Source: Nanobdellota archaeon
GTDB lineage: Archaea > Nanobdellota > Nanobdellia > Woesearchaeales > GW2011-AR4
NCBI GenBank assembly: GCA_038046685.1
Contig: JBBSVT010000074.1
Coordinates: 389-64,388 of the forward strand
Direction: 5' to 3'
Length of the DNA stretch: 64,000 bases
Both the position numbers and the translations under genes were made by a program. Below, piece after piece: positions 39,213 through 49,569 of this stretch; the stretch's first letter is position 1, and each line of letters opens with the position of its first letter. A model generated the notes under the pieces. That model did not search any database, had not been told where the DNA came from, and saw only the letters and a list, made by a program, of their open reading frames with translations.

Positions 39213-41000
39213 TTAACTTCTTGGCTTGAAGGGATTTCTCGGCAAGTCGTGTCCCCAGTATTTTGTACCACTAAATTTACCTCCCTCAGTTACAAGCCCT
39301 ATATTAGGTCCGATATCATAGCCGCCTATGGCATCACCTATCGCCTCCAACACTTCCATAACTCCTGCTTTATTTGGGTCGCCGGTGCCGCCCCAATACT
39401 TGGTTTCTTCAATAACACGGTGCAAAATGTATAACGCCGCTCCTCTGGTAGTTATTGTTGGCTTTTCAGACTGATGGCTTAATATATTCTCCTGCAAGTC
39501 GTAATAGTACTTTCTACCAATATGCTTATCTTTGTCTTCTGCTCTCGGGTCAAAAGCAGGATTAAGATGGCTTGGCCTTATTGTCATTTCAACATATTCC
39601 GGATCTGAAGGTGGCCTTAAAGATGTCTCTGTTGTTTTCCCGGAAAGCTTATTTAATATCATCCTAACCTTAGCGTGTCTTCCGTGGTCAATATCTCTTT
39701 TTGTCTGTGGATGCACATTGTACTTCTCAGCCAAAGATTTTGGTTTTCTTGGGTCAATAGATTTTAATTCAGTCATTATTCTTTCCATTACTGTAATTGC
39801 ATTCTTGTGATACCTTCCGTCTCTCAAATCATCCCTGTACGCATCATAACTGACATAAACCCAATATGCTATATCTAACAAATCACAATCTTCTATGAAA
39901 TGTGAAGGTACTGTTCGTACTTCACTTCGAGGGCGTCCTTCATAAATGTCAATGAGCACTTTTCCTTTTTCCAATGGTTTTCCCTCAAACAGAGTTTCAC
40001 CATCACCAACTTCAAGAGGATATCCATTCTTGTCAAGCCCAGGCGCAACTTCTTCAGGTCTTTTAAAGTTTGCAGGAAGTGTGTTAATGTTATCATTTGT
40101 TGGATTTTCAGCATCATCCAAGAGACGCCCATCACTGTCCAAAGGCTTGATGACTTTGTAGGTGTGTGCATAATGCACCTTTTGATATCCCAATCGTTTT
40201 TTCATCACATTCTGTCTTAGCTTTCTTAGTTCTGCATGCCTGCCTAATACGCCGCCTTCACCCTTGCTTCCTCCAAGTGCCTTTCTATGCTCTTCTTCAA
40301 AATTCACCATCTTTTGTTGCAAATACTTTTTCAAGTCCATTATTTTGCTGTGGATAATTTTTATGTTATCCCCAACACGTTGATTATTAGGCAACGCTGC
40401 CTTAACGTCTGCACATATCTTTTCAATATCCCTATCTAATTGATTCCAGTATTCACTATTCCGGGCCCCAAAGTAAGCAACTTGGTATCTTAAATTTTTA
40501 TGGACTATCCACTTTTCAGGGGGAAGATTAAATCTCACATTAATGATTCCACCCCCACTTGCTGTTAAGTCAATAGGAAGTTCAACGGGAGGTTGTTCTG
40601 TAGGGCTAGAGAAAGTTCCAGAATCGGACAATTTATACTCCTGTAATAGCGATTTTTCATTAATAAAAGGCCCTATGCTTGAGCCTATTTCATGCTTGTC
40701 AGACACAAATTCAGAATATAATTCTCTAAGTCTATTTCTATAAAATTGCGCACTCGGTTCTTGTCCTTTACCCTCAAGGCCGTCCCAACTCAGTTCCGCT
40801 TCCACCATCTCCTTATTCAATTTTTGTATTGTGTCAAATTCTATCTCCTTCTTCAATTTTTGGTAAATGCCAATATTTTTAATATCTTCTTCAGGACCAA
40901 AATGTACCGGAAAACCTATAAACCTTAAACCTCTCCAAAGGTTGGTTCTCCAATTAAGAAATCTTCTGGGTAAAGGTTTTTGCTCAGCCATAGCGCTCAC
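39213..41000 (-). CDS. large uncharacterised protein (operon gene 5)
   Basis: 595-aa ORF, no recognisable motif; 17-nt overlap with the upstream gene. Confidence 0.5.
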   Translation of the reverse strand: MSAMAEQKPLPRRFLNWRTNLWRGLRFIGFPVHFGPEEDIKNIGIYQKLKKEIEFDTIQKLNKEMVEAELSWDGLEGKGQEPSAQFYRNRLRELYSEFVSDKHEIGSSIGPFINEKSLLQEYKLSDSGTFSSPTEQPPVELPIDLTASGGGIINVRFNLPPEKWIVHKNLRYQVAYFGARNSEYWNQLDRDIEKICADVKAALPNNQRVGDNIKIIHSKIMDLKKYLQQKMVNFEEEHRKALGGSKGEGGVLGRHAELRKLRQNVMKKRLGYQKVHYAHTYKVIKPLDSDGRLLDDAENPTNDNINTLPANFKRPEEVAPGLDKNGYPLEVGDGETLFEGKPLEKGKVLIDIYEGRPRSEVRTVPSHFIEDCDLLDIAYWVYVSYDAYRDDLRDGRYHKNAITVMERIMTELKSIDPRKPKSLAEKYNVHPQTKRDIDHGRHAKVRMILNKLSGKTTETSLRPPSDPEYVEMTIRPSHLNPAFDPRAEDKDKHIGRKYYYDLQENILSHQSEKPTITTRGAALYILHRVIEETKYWGGTGDPNKAGVMEVLEAIGDAIGGYDIGPNIGLVTEGGKFSGTKYWGHDLPRNPFKPRS

Positions 41001-42732
41001 TCATAAATTTGCTGGTTCTTTCGGTTACATACCCAACATCTTCTAAAAGTATTCTTTGTTTAGACCAATTCACTAAAGTTAGATAGGCATTAATCATTCT
41101 TTGAACTCCTTTCCTTATTAGCGTTAAATCATAGTTGCTCAAAGCATTATCCTTTTGCTTGATTTGTTCTATAAAGTCGCCGAATTGATTGTGGAACTCA
41201 CCAAGCCGAGCAAAATCAAAGTCTAGCATAAGCAGATATGAAAACTTTGCTGGGTCTAAAATGTTTACAGCTTCCAATACTTTCTCTTTGTGCTCTGAAA
41301 ATTTCACAATGCTTCCTCCTTGAGTAGCCAATTGTTCAGCTTCAGCTTCTATATCAAACATCTCTTCCAATTTTTCAAAATGCTCAGCAATGTCCATATA
41401 CATCACGTCAACCCTGTCATAAGTATATATAAATCTTTTTTTTCTGTTTTTCCAGAGCCTATCGACGTCTCTTTTGAGCGCGTCAATGCCCTTTTGGACT
41501 GCTGATACTAGATTGATTTCACCGCTTTCAGCCATAATTGCCCGGTTAATTTGCAGGATAAGCCTTGCAATTGCATCTCTTAATAGTCCACTTCTCTTTT
41601 CAAATACGGCAGCGAGATATTTTCCTGCATCACCAATCACAGCATTCTTTCTTCTCATTAACTCCTCTAAGCGGCCTCTCCATCCGTTTAATATGGTTAT
41701 CCACTTAAGTGGTTGCTGTCCTATTCTTTCTTTATTTTTCAGTAAGTAGCTTGCAAAGGGATTATCAGCATATTCTGTTCTGAAAGTGGCAGCATACTCC
41801 TCTATATGTTTACAAAATTCCTCAGTAGCCTCAGCCCTCATCCATTTAGACTTGCCAAATTTGTCAGTTTGTATATCCCTCTGCAGCATTGAAATCAATC
41901 GTGAGATAAATCCTATTTGCTCAGCAACCTTGTGTGTGAATCGAGCTACGTAATAAAGCATTTGAACCTCTCTGCTGCCAAACACGGCTTTTCTTAAGAT
42001 CTGGTCTTTGTTGAATGTATCAAGTCCCTTGAGCAGTTTCCCATCTGGTGTTTTTACATCTTCTTCAAAATAAGAACGCGTTCTGTCAGTGAAAAAAAGA
42101 ACATCAAAATGCACATGCTGGCTCCAATCATTGACATCTCTTAAGGCATAATTTAAAGACTCAATTTCACCCATATACCTTTTTATTAAAGTTAGCCTAT
42201 TGCGAATGTTCGCTTTTAATTTCTCATCTTCCAACAATTCAACAATATGCAACAGCGAAGCAATATCTTTCTCCAATTTTCCTAAGTCATTAATATCACC
42301 AGAAATTTTTTGAAGCACGCCAATTCCCCTCTCTCTTGCCAACCCGTGTTTTCTTATTAACTGCATCAGCTCTTTGTCTATCAATCGCGCAAATTCTGGG
42401 TTATTTGTCTTGAATTCTTCCAGTCTTCGCTCCAGAATCTCATCTAAAGCCCCTAAACTTAATGTTCCGCTTCTAACTTGTGCCATCAACTTTTGTAAGT
42501 GGAAAATGAACATGTAATCAAATGCCTTTTTCTCCAATTCTTCTTTATTGCCAATAATAGAATTTGCATTATCCACAACAAGCCTTAGATTTTCAATTGT
42601 GTTCAGCGCTTCTTCCAAAAATCTTGAAACTTCATTGTCAAATAATCTTTGAGGCGTATCAATTCCAGGTTTGTCTAAGTCAGTTCTTGTCATTAGGTTA
42701 TCTGAAGTTGGATTATTTGGCAACTGTTTCAC
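40984..42732 (-). CDS. large uncharacterised alpha-helical protein (operon gene 4)
   Basis: 582-aa ORF; 20-nt overlap upstream. Confidence 0.5.
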   Translation of the reverse strand: MKQLPNNPTSDNLMTRTDLDKPGIDTPQRLFDNEVSRFLEEALNTIENLRLVVDNANSIIGNKEELEKKAFDYMFIFHLQKLMAQVRSGTLSLGALDEILERRLEEFKTNNPEFARLIDKELMQLIRKHGLARERGIGVLQKISGDINDLGKLEKDIASLLHIVELLEDEKLKANIRNRLTLIKRYMGEIESLNYALRDVNDWSQHVHFDVLFFTDRTRSYFEEDVKTPDGKLLKGLDTFNKDQILRKAVFGSREVQMLYYVARFTHKVAEQIGFISRLISMLQRDIQTDKFGKSKWMRAEATEEFCKHIEEYAATFRTEYADNPFASYLLKNKERIGQQPLKWITILNGWRGRLEELMRRKNAVIGDAGKYLAAVFEKRSGLLRDAIARLILQINRAIMAESGEINLVSAVQKGIDALKRDVDRLWKNRKKRFIYTYDRVDVMYMDIAEHFEKLEEMFDIEAEAEQLATQGGSIVKFSEHKEKVLEAVNILDPAKFSYLLMLDFDFARLGEFHNQFGDFIEQIKQKDNALSNYDLTLIRKGVQRMINAYLTLVNWSKQRILLEDVGYVTERTSKFMSERYG

Positions 42733-44374
42733 CTGCTGTTTGCTCTAAAAATTCCGATTGCATCCTAAAATAATCATTTAAATATTTTCTTATTTGCTCA
42801 GCTTCCTTTGAATGCTGTTTGGCAACCGTGCTAATGAAGTTCCACAATCCTTCCAACGATACTGTTGGATAAGGATTTGCAGGGTTAAATCTTGGACTGT
42901 CTACACTCTCATCATAATAATGTTTTCTGCCCCAATATACAAATTTATCAGGCTGTTTTAACGCTTCTCTATCAAATGCAGTTTGATTTTCCTTCAATAA
43001 GCTGCTAAAGCGTGCATTTTCAAAATCGAGCCTACCTTTTTTTTCCATTATAGCCGCATAGTCCTCTGTTGTTCTACTATACGGGTGATAGACTCCTTTT
43101 TGCATATCCTGAACATTGAAATCCCAGTCACTTTCAGAAAAAGTAAGTATTTGGGAAAATTTACCTCTGGTATCTAAATGGAAAAGTGTAAGATCTTCTT
43201 TTTTAAATCTCCTTACCCTAAATTTGCCATTTACCTCAGGGTTTTTTCTTTCAGTCTGAATGGCATTAATATCACTTACAGCATAACCAAATAAATTCAC
43301 TTCTACAAGACATTCTGCTGTGCCTTCTTCATACTCAGCAGGACTTCCATTTTTAATAGCCCTTGCAGTTTCCCATTTTATATCCCTTGTTACCTTATTG
43401 TCATCTGTTTCAACTTCGTATATCTTAGGAATAGCTCCTTTTTTTGCAAAGCCATAGCCTCTAACGTATTGACCATACATATTATACATATCTTGGAAAT
43501 AAAGTCTGGTAGCTTTGATATAATTTAATACCTTAATTCTTGATATGGTTGCCTTATATCGGTCATAAGCATCATCGAGTTGTGTTACGTTAACATCAAC
43601 AATTGAACCCATTTTGTTTTCCACATATTTGTCTGATTTTATAATTTCGGGTGTTTCACCAGCTAAATTCAACTCCAATATTTCCTTTAGCTCTTTCATG
43701 AGCTTGTAAATAACTATGTCCTTTCTTGCAATTCCCCAAGTATTTGCATGTTTTTTTGTTGTTTCATTCTTTCCAAGTACCCAGTCAACTATTCTTCCAT
43801 TGCTCACTACAGGCTCTACTTTGCCACCCTCCACATCCCTTATCATGCTCTTGCGTAGTTCTTCCTCATCTAATTCAACAGATTGCATTGGTCCTTCTTT
43901 CTTCAAAACTTTTTCTATAGTGTCTGCAAATGCCAAACGCTTTGTCTTGTATATTTCATGCCTCAATAAGTAATTCATCAAAACATAGAGTTCAATCCTA
44001 AGCTCTTTCAGCAGAGGGTGCAGTTCATCAGGTGGGCCTCTTAGCCTGTAACCAAGCCAATTGGAAAGCAATGACCCAATCACCCTCTGTTTCTTAAGCC
44101 GCTTTAGTATCTTAAATCCAACTCTTATTCTCCCTTCCCTTATCCATCTAGCTCTTTTTTCACCATTTGCCCACGCCATAAATATAAAGAAGAGTATCAT
44201 TAAAACAGCTAATGCACCCAAAGAAATTTTTAGATTTCCATATGTAAGTTTTGGATAGAAATAGCTATTACCAAAAATCAAGTACCAAACATAATCTGCT
44301 ATACCTGCGAATATAAAGGCCACTACCCATCTCACAAGCCACGACATATTGCGCATAAAGTCTATGACTGTCAT
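42713..44374 (-). CDS. membrane-anchored uncharacterised protein (operon gene 3)
   Basis: Two N-terminal TM helices then a ~480-aa soluble domain; ATGA overlap upstream. Confidence 0.5.
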   Translation of the reverse strand: MTVIDFMRNMSWLVRWVVAFIFAGIADYVWYLIFGNSYFYPKLTYGNLKISLGALAVLMILFFIFMAWANGEKRARWIREGRIRVGFKILKRLKKQRVIGSLLSNWLGYRLRGPPDELHPLLKELRIELYVLMNYLLRHEIYKTKRLAFADTIEKVLKKEGPMQSVELDEEELRKSMIRDVEGGKVEPVVSNGRIVDWVLGKNETTKKHANTWGIARKDIVIYKLMKELKEILELNLAGETPEIIKSDKYVENKMGSIVDVNVTQLDDAYDRYKATISRIKVLNYIKATRLYFQDMYNMYGQYVRGYGFAKKGAIPKIYEVETDDNKVTRDIKWETARAIKNGSPAEYEEGTAECLVEVNLFGYAVSDINAIQTERKNPEVNGKFRVRRFKKEDLTLFHLDTRGKFSQILTFSESDWDFNVQDMQKGVYHPYSRTTEDYAAIMEKKGRLDFENARFSSLLKENQTAFDREALKQPDKFVYWGRKHYYDESVDSPRFNPANPYPTVSLEGLWNFISTVAKQHSKEAEQIRKYLNDYFRMQSEFLEQTAGETVAK

Positions 44375-45357
44375 TTAGGTGTACCTCCTGTTGTGCCTGT
44401 AGTTCCGCCAGGTGATCCTTTCCACCACCTACTGAATGCTTTCCAGCCGATTGTTCCAAAAATAAATGAAACTATAAGCGAACCATATTGGCGCCAATCA
44501 TCTCCCCTCCATGGATAAGGGAAAGCATTTTGCCAAAACCAAGTTATGACTCCTCTTCCTGGAAATACAATGTAGGATATCCACAAAACAAGTCCTACGG
44601 CAACAAAGTAGTTGTACCATTTGCCTCCAAGCTGCTTTCCTAAAACTATAATTGAAAGGAGTTCTCCCAACTTGATTATTGTATCAGTTGTGGTGCCACT
44701 TTTGGCAATATCAGCAGCAATGATTAGCGCCATTGCATACGAAAGCTTGTTGTACCCTTCTCCCATCTTGAGGAAACCAACAAAGAACCACGATAGTAAT
44801 ACTGCAGAACCTATAAAAACGTACAACCTGTTGTCTTCTGGACTTAAGATGCCTTTTTCGCCTAAAAGGTAATTATAAAATTGTTGCAAAGTTTGTGTAT
44901 TCCATACATAACTTTCCAGCCTTAATGAAATTATTGCAGCAATAAAAGTTATCAACAATAATGCCCCAACCTTTCCCTGTTTTGATTCAAGAGGTACTCC
45001 AAGCAATCCCAAACTGAAATAAACAACTCCCGAAATTAATATTGTGTTGACTATGACGACTGGGTTAAACATACCAGCAAAAGCTCCGACTTCCCAAATA
45101 AAGCCGCTAGAGCCAATAAATACCCACGCTATAATAAACGATAATCCAAAAGTTGCAATCCACAATATTGCTTTTTCTTTGTCTGACTTTTCCGGCATTA
45201 GTATGTATTGCAGCAAAAATAAAATAACCCATATTATTGCCGTATTTATTGCTAAAACAACCCATGGATTTCTTGGCGACACTTCCTGAGCAAAAACTGA
45301 GGGAATTCCAATTACCAAGATTAATGCGCTAATCCAAAGCATTTTGCCTATTTTCAT
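44371..45357 (-). CDS. polytopic membrane protein with Gly/Thr-rich C-terminal tail (operon gene 2)
   Basis: About eight hydrophobic helices; ...WKGSPGGTTGTTGGTPK; ATGA overlap with the ATPase gene. Confidence 0.5.
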   Translation of the reverse strand: MKIGKMLWISALILVIGIPSVFAQEVSPRNPWVVLAINTAIIWVILFLLQYILMPEKSDKEKAILWIATFGLSFIIAWVFIGSSGFIWEVGAFAGMFNPVVIVNTILISGVVYFSLGLLGVPLESKQGKVGALLLITFIAAIISLRLESYVWNTQTLQQFYNYLLGEKGILSPEDNRLYVFIGSAVLLSWFFVGFLKMGEGYNKLSYAMALIIAADIAKSGTTTDTIIKLGELLSIIVLGKQLGGKWYNYFVAVGLVLWISYIVFPGRGVITWFWQNAFPYPWRGDDWRQYGSLIVSFIFGTIGWKAFSRWWKGSPGGTTGTTGGTPK

Positions 45358-46499
45358 AATTCTTTTGCTACCTCTTCCAAAATTTTATCGTCAGGAGCAT
45401 CATCAAACTCATAACCATGAGAAGTTAACTTAACCCAAAGGCGGAGCACATTGTCAGCAAAGTAGAACATGTTGTTTTTCTTGTAAATGATGTCAACTTC
45501 CATCAATCTTTCAATAATGCTTTTTGCCACAGGAGCACTTCTGTAAATTTTCCTTGCAATATCGCTCAGGCGAAGCTCTTCGTTTGCGATAACTTTCAAA
45601 ATCGATTTAAGCAGTGTTTGTCCTCTTGCCCTGCTGTAATAGTAATTCAAAGACTCTTTGCAGTAATTGTGAAGTGAACTGTTTTTTTGAAGAAGCTCAA
45701 TCAAGAATGCCTTTTTAGCTTCCTTAATTTCATTGCATTTCTTAGAAATTAATGAAGCAACAAATGGATGGCCATTGCTTAATGCAAAGATTTCTTCGCC
45801 TAAATTTATATCTCTTTTGCCGACAATGCTTTCCACAAGCTCAATTGTTTCATTCTTGTCAAGATTTTTTATTTCATAGCACTCAAATTTTCTTAATATG
45901 GACAAAGACTCCTTGATAGCGGAGCTTGTTGCTATGTAGCTTATGCTTTCGGAATCAAAATCAATAAGTGAGATAATGTCCCTAATTTGAGAGAAATTGT
46001 TTAAGTCAAGCAGATTTTCAAAATTGTCAAGCGCAATCAGGAATTTTTTGCTGTTTTCCTTTCCTAGGATTCCAGCAAAATCAAAGGCGCTCTGAGCAAG
46101 AAGCTTTTGGTCGGGCTTTATTTTAAGCAATTCATTGTGAACTGATTTTATCACAGAAAAAGCGTTTTTGCTTTTTAGCTCCTGCTCACATTCCAGCAAA
46201 TTTTCAATCAATAAAAACTTTTTATATTCATATAGCGGCTTTCTTAAGAAATGAAATATAATATTGCCGATAAACTCGATTGAGAAATTTTCAGGATTAA
46301 GGCTTATTTTTTCCAAATCAATGTAAACTGGAACAAGATCCTTGACATGCTTAAGATGCACCTTGACAATTGATGTTTTGCCTGATTTTCTGGAGCCGAG
46401 CAATGCAATGTTCTTCTTGATTCCGTTCCGGAAGGAATTTGTATTTTCATCTAATAGCTTTAAGTAATAGCTTCTTCCGATAACCGAATCATCTGTCAA
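45354..46499 (-). CDS. Arch_ATPase-family (AAA+-like) ATPase with C-terminal wHTH/DUF234-like region (operon gene 1)
   Basis: Walker A IALLGSRKSGKTSIV, Walker B LIALDNFE, and architecture typical of the PF01637 family. Confidence 0.7.
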   Translation of the reverse strand: MTDDSVIGRSYYLKLLDENTNSFRNGIKKNIALLGSRKSGKTSIVKVHLKHVKDLVPVYIDLEKISLNPENFSIEFIGNIIFHFLRKPLYEYKKFLLIENLLECEQELKSKNAFSVIKSVHNELLKIKPDQKLLAQSAFDFAGILGKENSKKFLIALDNFENLLDLNNFSQIRDIISLIDFDSESISYIATSSAIKESLSILRKFECYEIKNLDKNETIELVESIVGKRDINLGEEIFALSNGHPFVASLISKKCNEIKEAKKAFLIELLQKNSSLHNYCKESLNYYYSRARGQTLLKSILKVIANEELRLSDIARKIYRSAPVAKSIIERLMEVDIIYKKNNMFYFADNVLRLWVKLTSHGYEFDDAPDDKILEEVAKEL

Positions 46500-46733
46500 T
46501 TTATTCTCGATTTATTCTAAGTCCAAAATTCTCTCAACAAATTTCTATTCCATTTGGTATATATACTATTAATATAAAAATGTTGCTATTTTAAAAAGTT
46601 ATACTAAATGGTATATTTTTTTAAGATTTATAATCCAATCTGTAAAGAACTGATATATAAAACTTGTCTTTTTAATTATTATATTAATTGGTATATATAT
46701 TTTTTGGTATAAAAATTACAACTTTTTTATTTT

Positions 46734-47045
46734 TTGAACAAAAACTATCTAAAATTTTTGAGTCAAAACATTTATATACATAGATATCCACGTATCTACA
46801 TAATGAGTGATATTTACTTTCAAGGTAAGCAAATTATCATCAAAGTCCATGCAATAAAAAGAGCAAGGGAAAGAGAAATTGCATTTCCGGACCAAGTTTA
46901 TGATGTTTTGCAAACAGGCAAAGTAAAAAGATTTGGGAAACATGGAATTAAGTTTGTCAAAAGGAGCAAAGACGGCTCAATAATCTGTGTCGGAGAGGAT
47001 TTAGGTTATTGTATAATTATTAAAACGATAGAGCGAGGTAACTAA
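46734..47045 (+). CDS. BrnT/RelE-fold (DUF4258-like) toxin; likely start at the internal ATG (~46802)
   Basis: IKVHAIKRAREREI...DGSIICVGEDLGYCIIIKTIER. Confidence 0.45.
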   Translation: MNKNYLKFLSQNIYIHRYPRIYIMSDIYFQGKQIIIKVHAIKRAREREIAFPDQVYDVLQTGKVKRFGKHGIKFVKRSKDGSIICVGEDLGYCIIIKTIERGN

Positions 47046-47046
47046 C

Positions 47047-47355
47047 ATGAAATGTCCAACATGCCAAAAAGGAAAGATGGAAAAGAAGAAAGAGATTATG
47101 GAACAGGATGGGATAGAGTTTGAGGCTTACAAATGTTCAGAATGCGGAGAAGAGATAATGAATATGGAGCAATTGAAAGTTTTAGCAGGCAAATACAGAA
47201 AATTAAGGCACGCAAAAGATATAACTTTCGCGAAATGGGGGAACAGCATTGCAGTCAGAATTCCACGCGACATTGCAGACGAATACAATATTTTTGCTGG
47301 AAAGCATGGAACATTAACTAAAGTTAAAGAAGGAATTAAAATAATTCCAACGTAA
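47047..47355 (+). CDS. zinc-ribbon plus AbrB/SpoVT-like antitoxin (BrnA-like)
   Basis: CPTCQKG...CSECGEE zinc ribbon; ITFAKWGNSIAVRIPRDIADEYN swapped hairpin; immediately follows the toxin. Confidence 0.5.
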   Translation: MKCPTCQKGKMEKKKEIMEQDGIEFEAYKCSECGEEIMNMEQLKVLAGKYRKLRHAKDITFAKWGNSIAVRIPRDIADEYNIFAGKHGTLTKVKEGIKIIPT

Positions 47356-47533
47356 TAAAAACTACTTCTTGTCCTTTTGACTGGGTTAAAATTAGGCAGC
47401 CCTTTACCCTTTATGCTATTTTTACATAAATGGTGTAACTATTCTAAAGTAATAACAATTAAGAAAGATTTAAATAGGGAAATGAAATACTGTGAACGAT
47501 TAAAAACTTGAATAAACAAACAATATCACTAAA

Positions 47534-48358
47534 ATGGCCGAAACACTAGAACAAAAAGTTGGAGCGCCTCCAACCGCAAAAAACCCAGTAGAAAACCCAG
47601 AAGAAAAAAAGCCAAAGTTTTTTGAAAATATGCGAAAAGAGTTTTCAGAATTACCTAAATGGATTGGAAATTCTGCGCTCAGCGCAACTATGCTTGGAAC
47701 ATCATATGCATTAGGCGGCTTAGACGCTTTGGCGCTTGTAGGCTCTTATCCAATAAGCGGAATGGTAAAAAAAAGCATTAAGAAAAAGCCATTTGACTCA
47801 TCTGAATTAAGAGACCAAACCGGAAAAGGTCTTGTAGGCGGATTACTCACATTTGGCGCGATAAAATCAATACAAAATTTATCTGATTCTTATGGATTGG
47901 ATGGTTTGGCGAATGGCTTTAATGCTGCTGTGCCAATAGCTTTTGGCTTAACATTAGCTGCTATGCCAGCGATAAATTTTGGATACGAATTTTTTAAGTA
48001 TATAATTGACAACAAAAAGATTAAAGGAGTAATCAAGCATTATAAGGACAATTTTTTAGGCGATACAAAAAAATATATGCTTCGCTTATTGCCGGTTGCC
48101 GGAATGGTTGCAGCGTCAGTAGCAATACCCGCTTATTCTTATTTATTATTTCCCGCTGTTGCAGCCTACAACGTTCTCAATAGAGCCACATATAATCTAT
48201 CTGCTTATGTTTCATCTGCATACAAAACAGTGAAGGACATAACAGTAACAACATTTAAATTATGTGACGGGTTTATGAATTCATTTTATAGAATGGGGCA
48301 GTCAATTAGTAAATTCATGGAAGGCAGACCAAAAGCACCGGAGAAACAACCAGCCTAG
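47534..48358 (+). CDS. hypothetical protein with hydrophobic patches
   Basis: 274-aa ORF. Confidence 0.4.
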   Translation: MAETLEQKVGAPPTAKNPVENPEEKKPKFFENMRKEFSELPKWIGNSALSATMLGTSYALGGLDALALVGSYPISGMVKKSIKKKPFDSSELRDQTGKGLVGGLLTFGAIKSIQNLSDSYGLDGLANGFNAAVPIAFGLTLAAMPAINFGYEFFKYIIDNKKIKGVIKHYKDNFLGDTKKYMLRLLPVAGMVAASVAIPAYSYLLFPAVAAYNVLNRATYNLSAYVSSAYKTVKDITVTTFKLCDGFMNSFYRMGQSISKFMEGRPKAPEKQPA

Positions 48359-48400
48359 ATTGAGAATTGGAATATCTCCATTTAAACGTATAGGTGAGTT

Positions 48401-48997
48401 ATGACTATCTTACTATTTGATGTTGGGAATGTAATTGTAAAAGCAGATCATGAGATAACTTATAGAAAGCTTCAGGATTATGGAGTTCCAGGAGATATTT
48501 CTCGATTATTCTTCAAAAATGCAGAATATTATGACTTTGGAAGAGGTAAAATAGACGGCATGGGGTTTTATAGAGCCGTAATTGAAAAGTATCTTGGAAT
48601 TCCGTTAGAATACCAACAGGTTAAAGATGCTCACGACAGTCATCTTCATGAAATTGACAGAGCTGTTGTCTCCATTTTGGAGAGAATACCTAAAAGTCAG
48701 TTGGCATTTGCTACAAACACAAATGACTGGCAAACAGAAAAGGAGAGAAGATTGATAGATTTAACATTGTATTCTGATAAAATTTTCAGATCAAATGAGA
48801 CTCATATGTTAAAAACCGATAATGCTTGTTTTCCACATATCGTAAGTCAATTGCATGTTGAAAGTGGGCAAATAATTTTGGTTGATGATAATCTGGAGAA
48901 TATATTGAAAGCTCGAGAACACGGTCTGAAAACTATACAATTTTCAAATGCTGGGCAATTGTTAAGAGAATTAGAAAGAAGAGGAATTATTTCTTGA
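48401..48997 (+). CDS. HAD-superfamily hydrolase
   Basis: Motif I LLFDVGNVI; C-terminal VDDNLENILKAREHGLKTIQF. Confidence 0.6.
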   Translation: MTILLFDVGNVIVKADHEITYRKLQDYGVPGDISRLFFKNAEYYDFGRGKIDGMGFYRAVIEKYLGIPLEYQQVKDAHDSHLHEIDRAVVSILERIPKSQLAFATNTNDWQTEKERRLIDLTLYSDKIFRSNETHMLKTDNACFPHIVSQLHVESGQIILVDDNLENILKAREHGLKTIQFSNAGQLLRELERRGIIS

Positions 48998-49029
48998 CTA
49001 TTGCATATGATTTTCTGTGTCTTTCCTGC

Positions 49030-49569
49030 TTATTTGCCCAATGCATTTATAATCTCCCTGCAGAATGCTGGCAAATCACTTGGCATTCTTGATGTTATAA
49101 TGTTATTGTCAACAACAACTTCTTTGTCAAAATATTTTGCGCCTGCATTTATCACATCATCTTTAATTGCGCTTACGCAAGTTAATTTTTTTCCTTTTAG
49201 TATTCCGGCACTTACAAGTACCCATGGACCATGGCATATCGCTGCAATCACCTTATTATTTTTGTGCATTTCCCTCACAAAATCCAGAACTTCCTTGTAC
49301 CTCCTTAATCTGTCAGGCGCATAGCCGCCAGGAATAACAACAGCATCAAAATCTTTTGCTTTATAATCCTTAATATTGCCATCAACTTCAATTGGATAGC
49401 CATTTTTGCCTTTGTAAGTTTCTTCTCCTGTTCCTGCGACAATTACTTTTGCGCCTTCCTCAGCCAACCTCAATTTTGGGTACCATAATTCCAAATCTTC
49501 ATAATATGATTCTGCAAAAATCATTATTTTTTTGTTGTTTATCATCATTAATTTCCCTAATGTGTCCAA
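49030..49569 (-). CDS. DJ-1/PfpI family protein
   Basis: VIAAICHGPWVL nucleophile elbow. Confidence 0.8.
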   Translation of the reverse strand: MDTLGKLMMINNKKIMIFAESYYEDLELWYPKLRLAEEGAKVIVAGTGEETYKGKNGYPIEVDGNIKDYKAKDFDAVVIPGGYAPDRLRRYKEVLDFVREMHKNNKVIAAICHGPWVLVSAGILKGKKLTCVSAIKDDVINAGAKYFDKEVVVDNNIITSRMPSDLPAFCREIINALGK

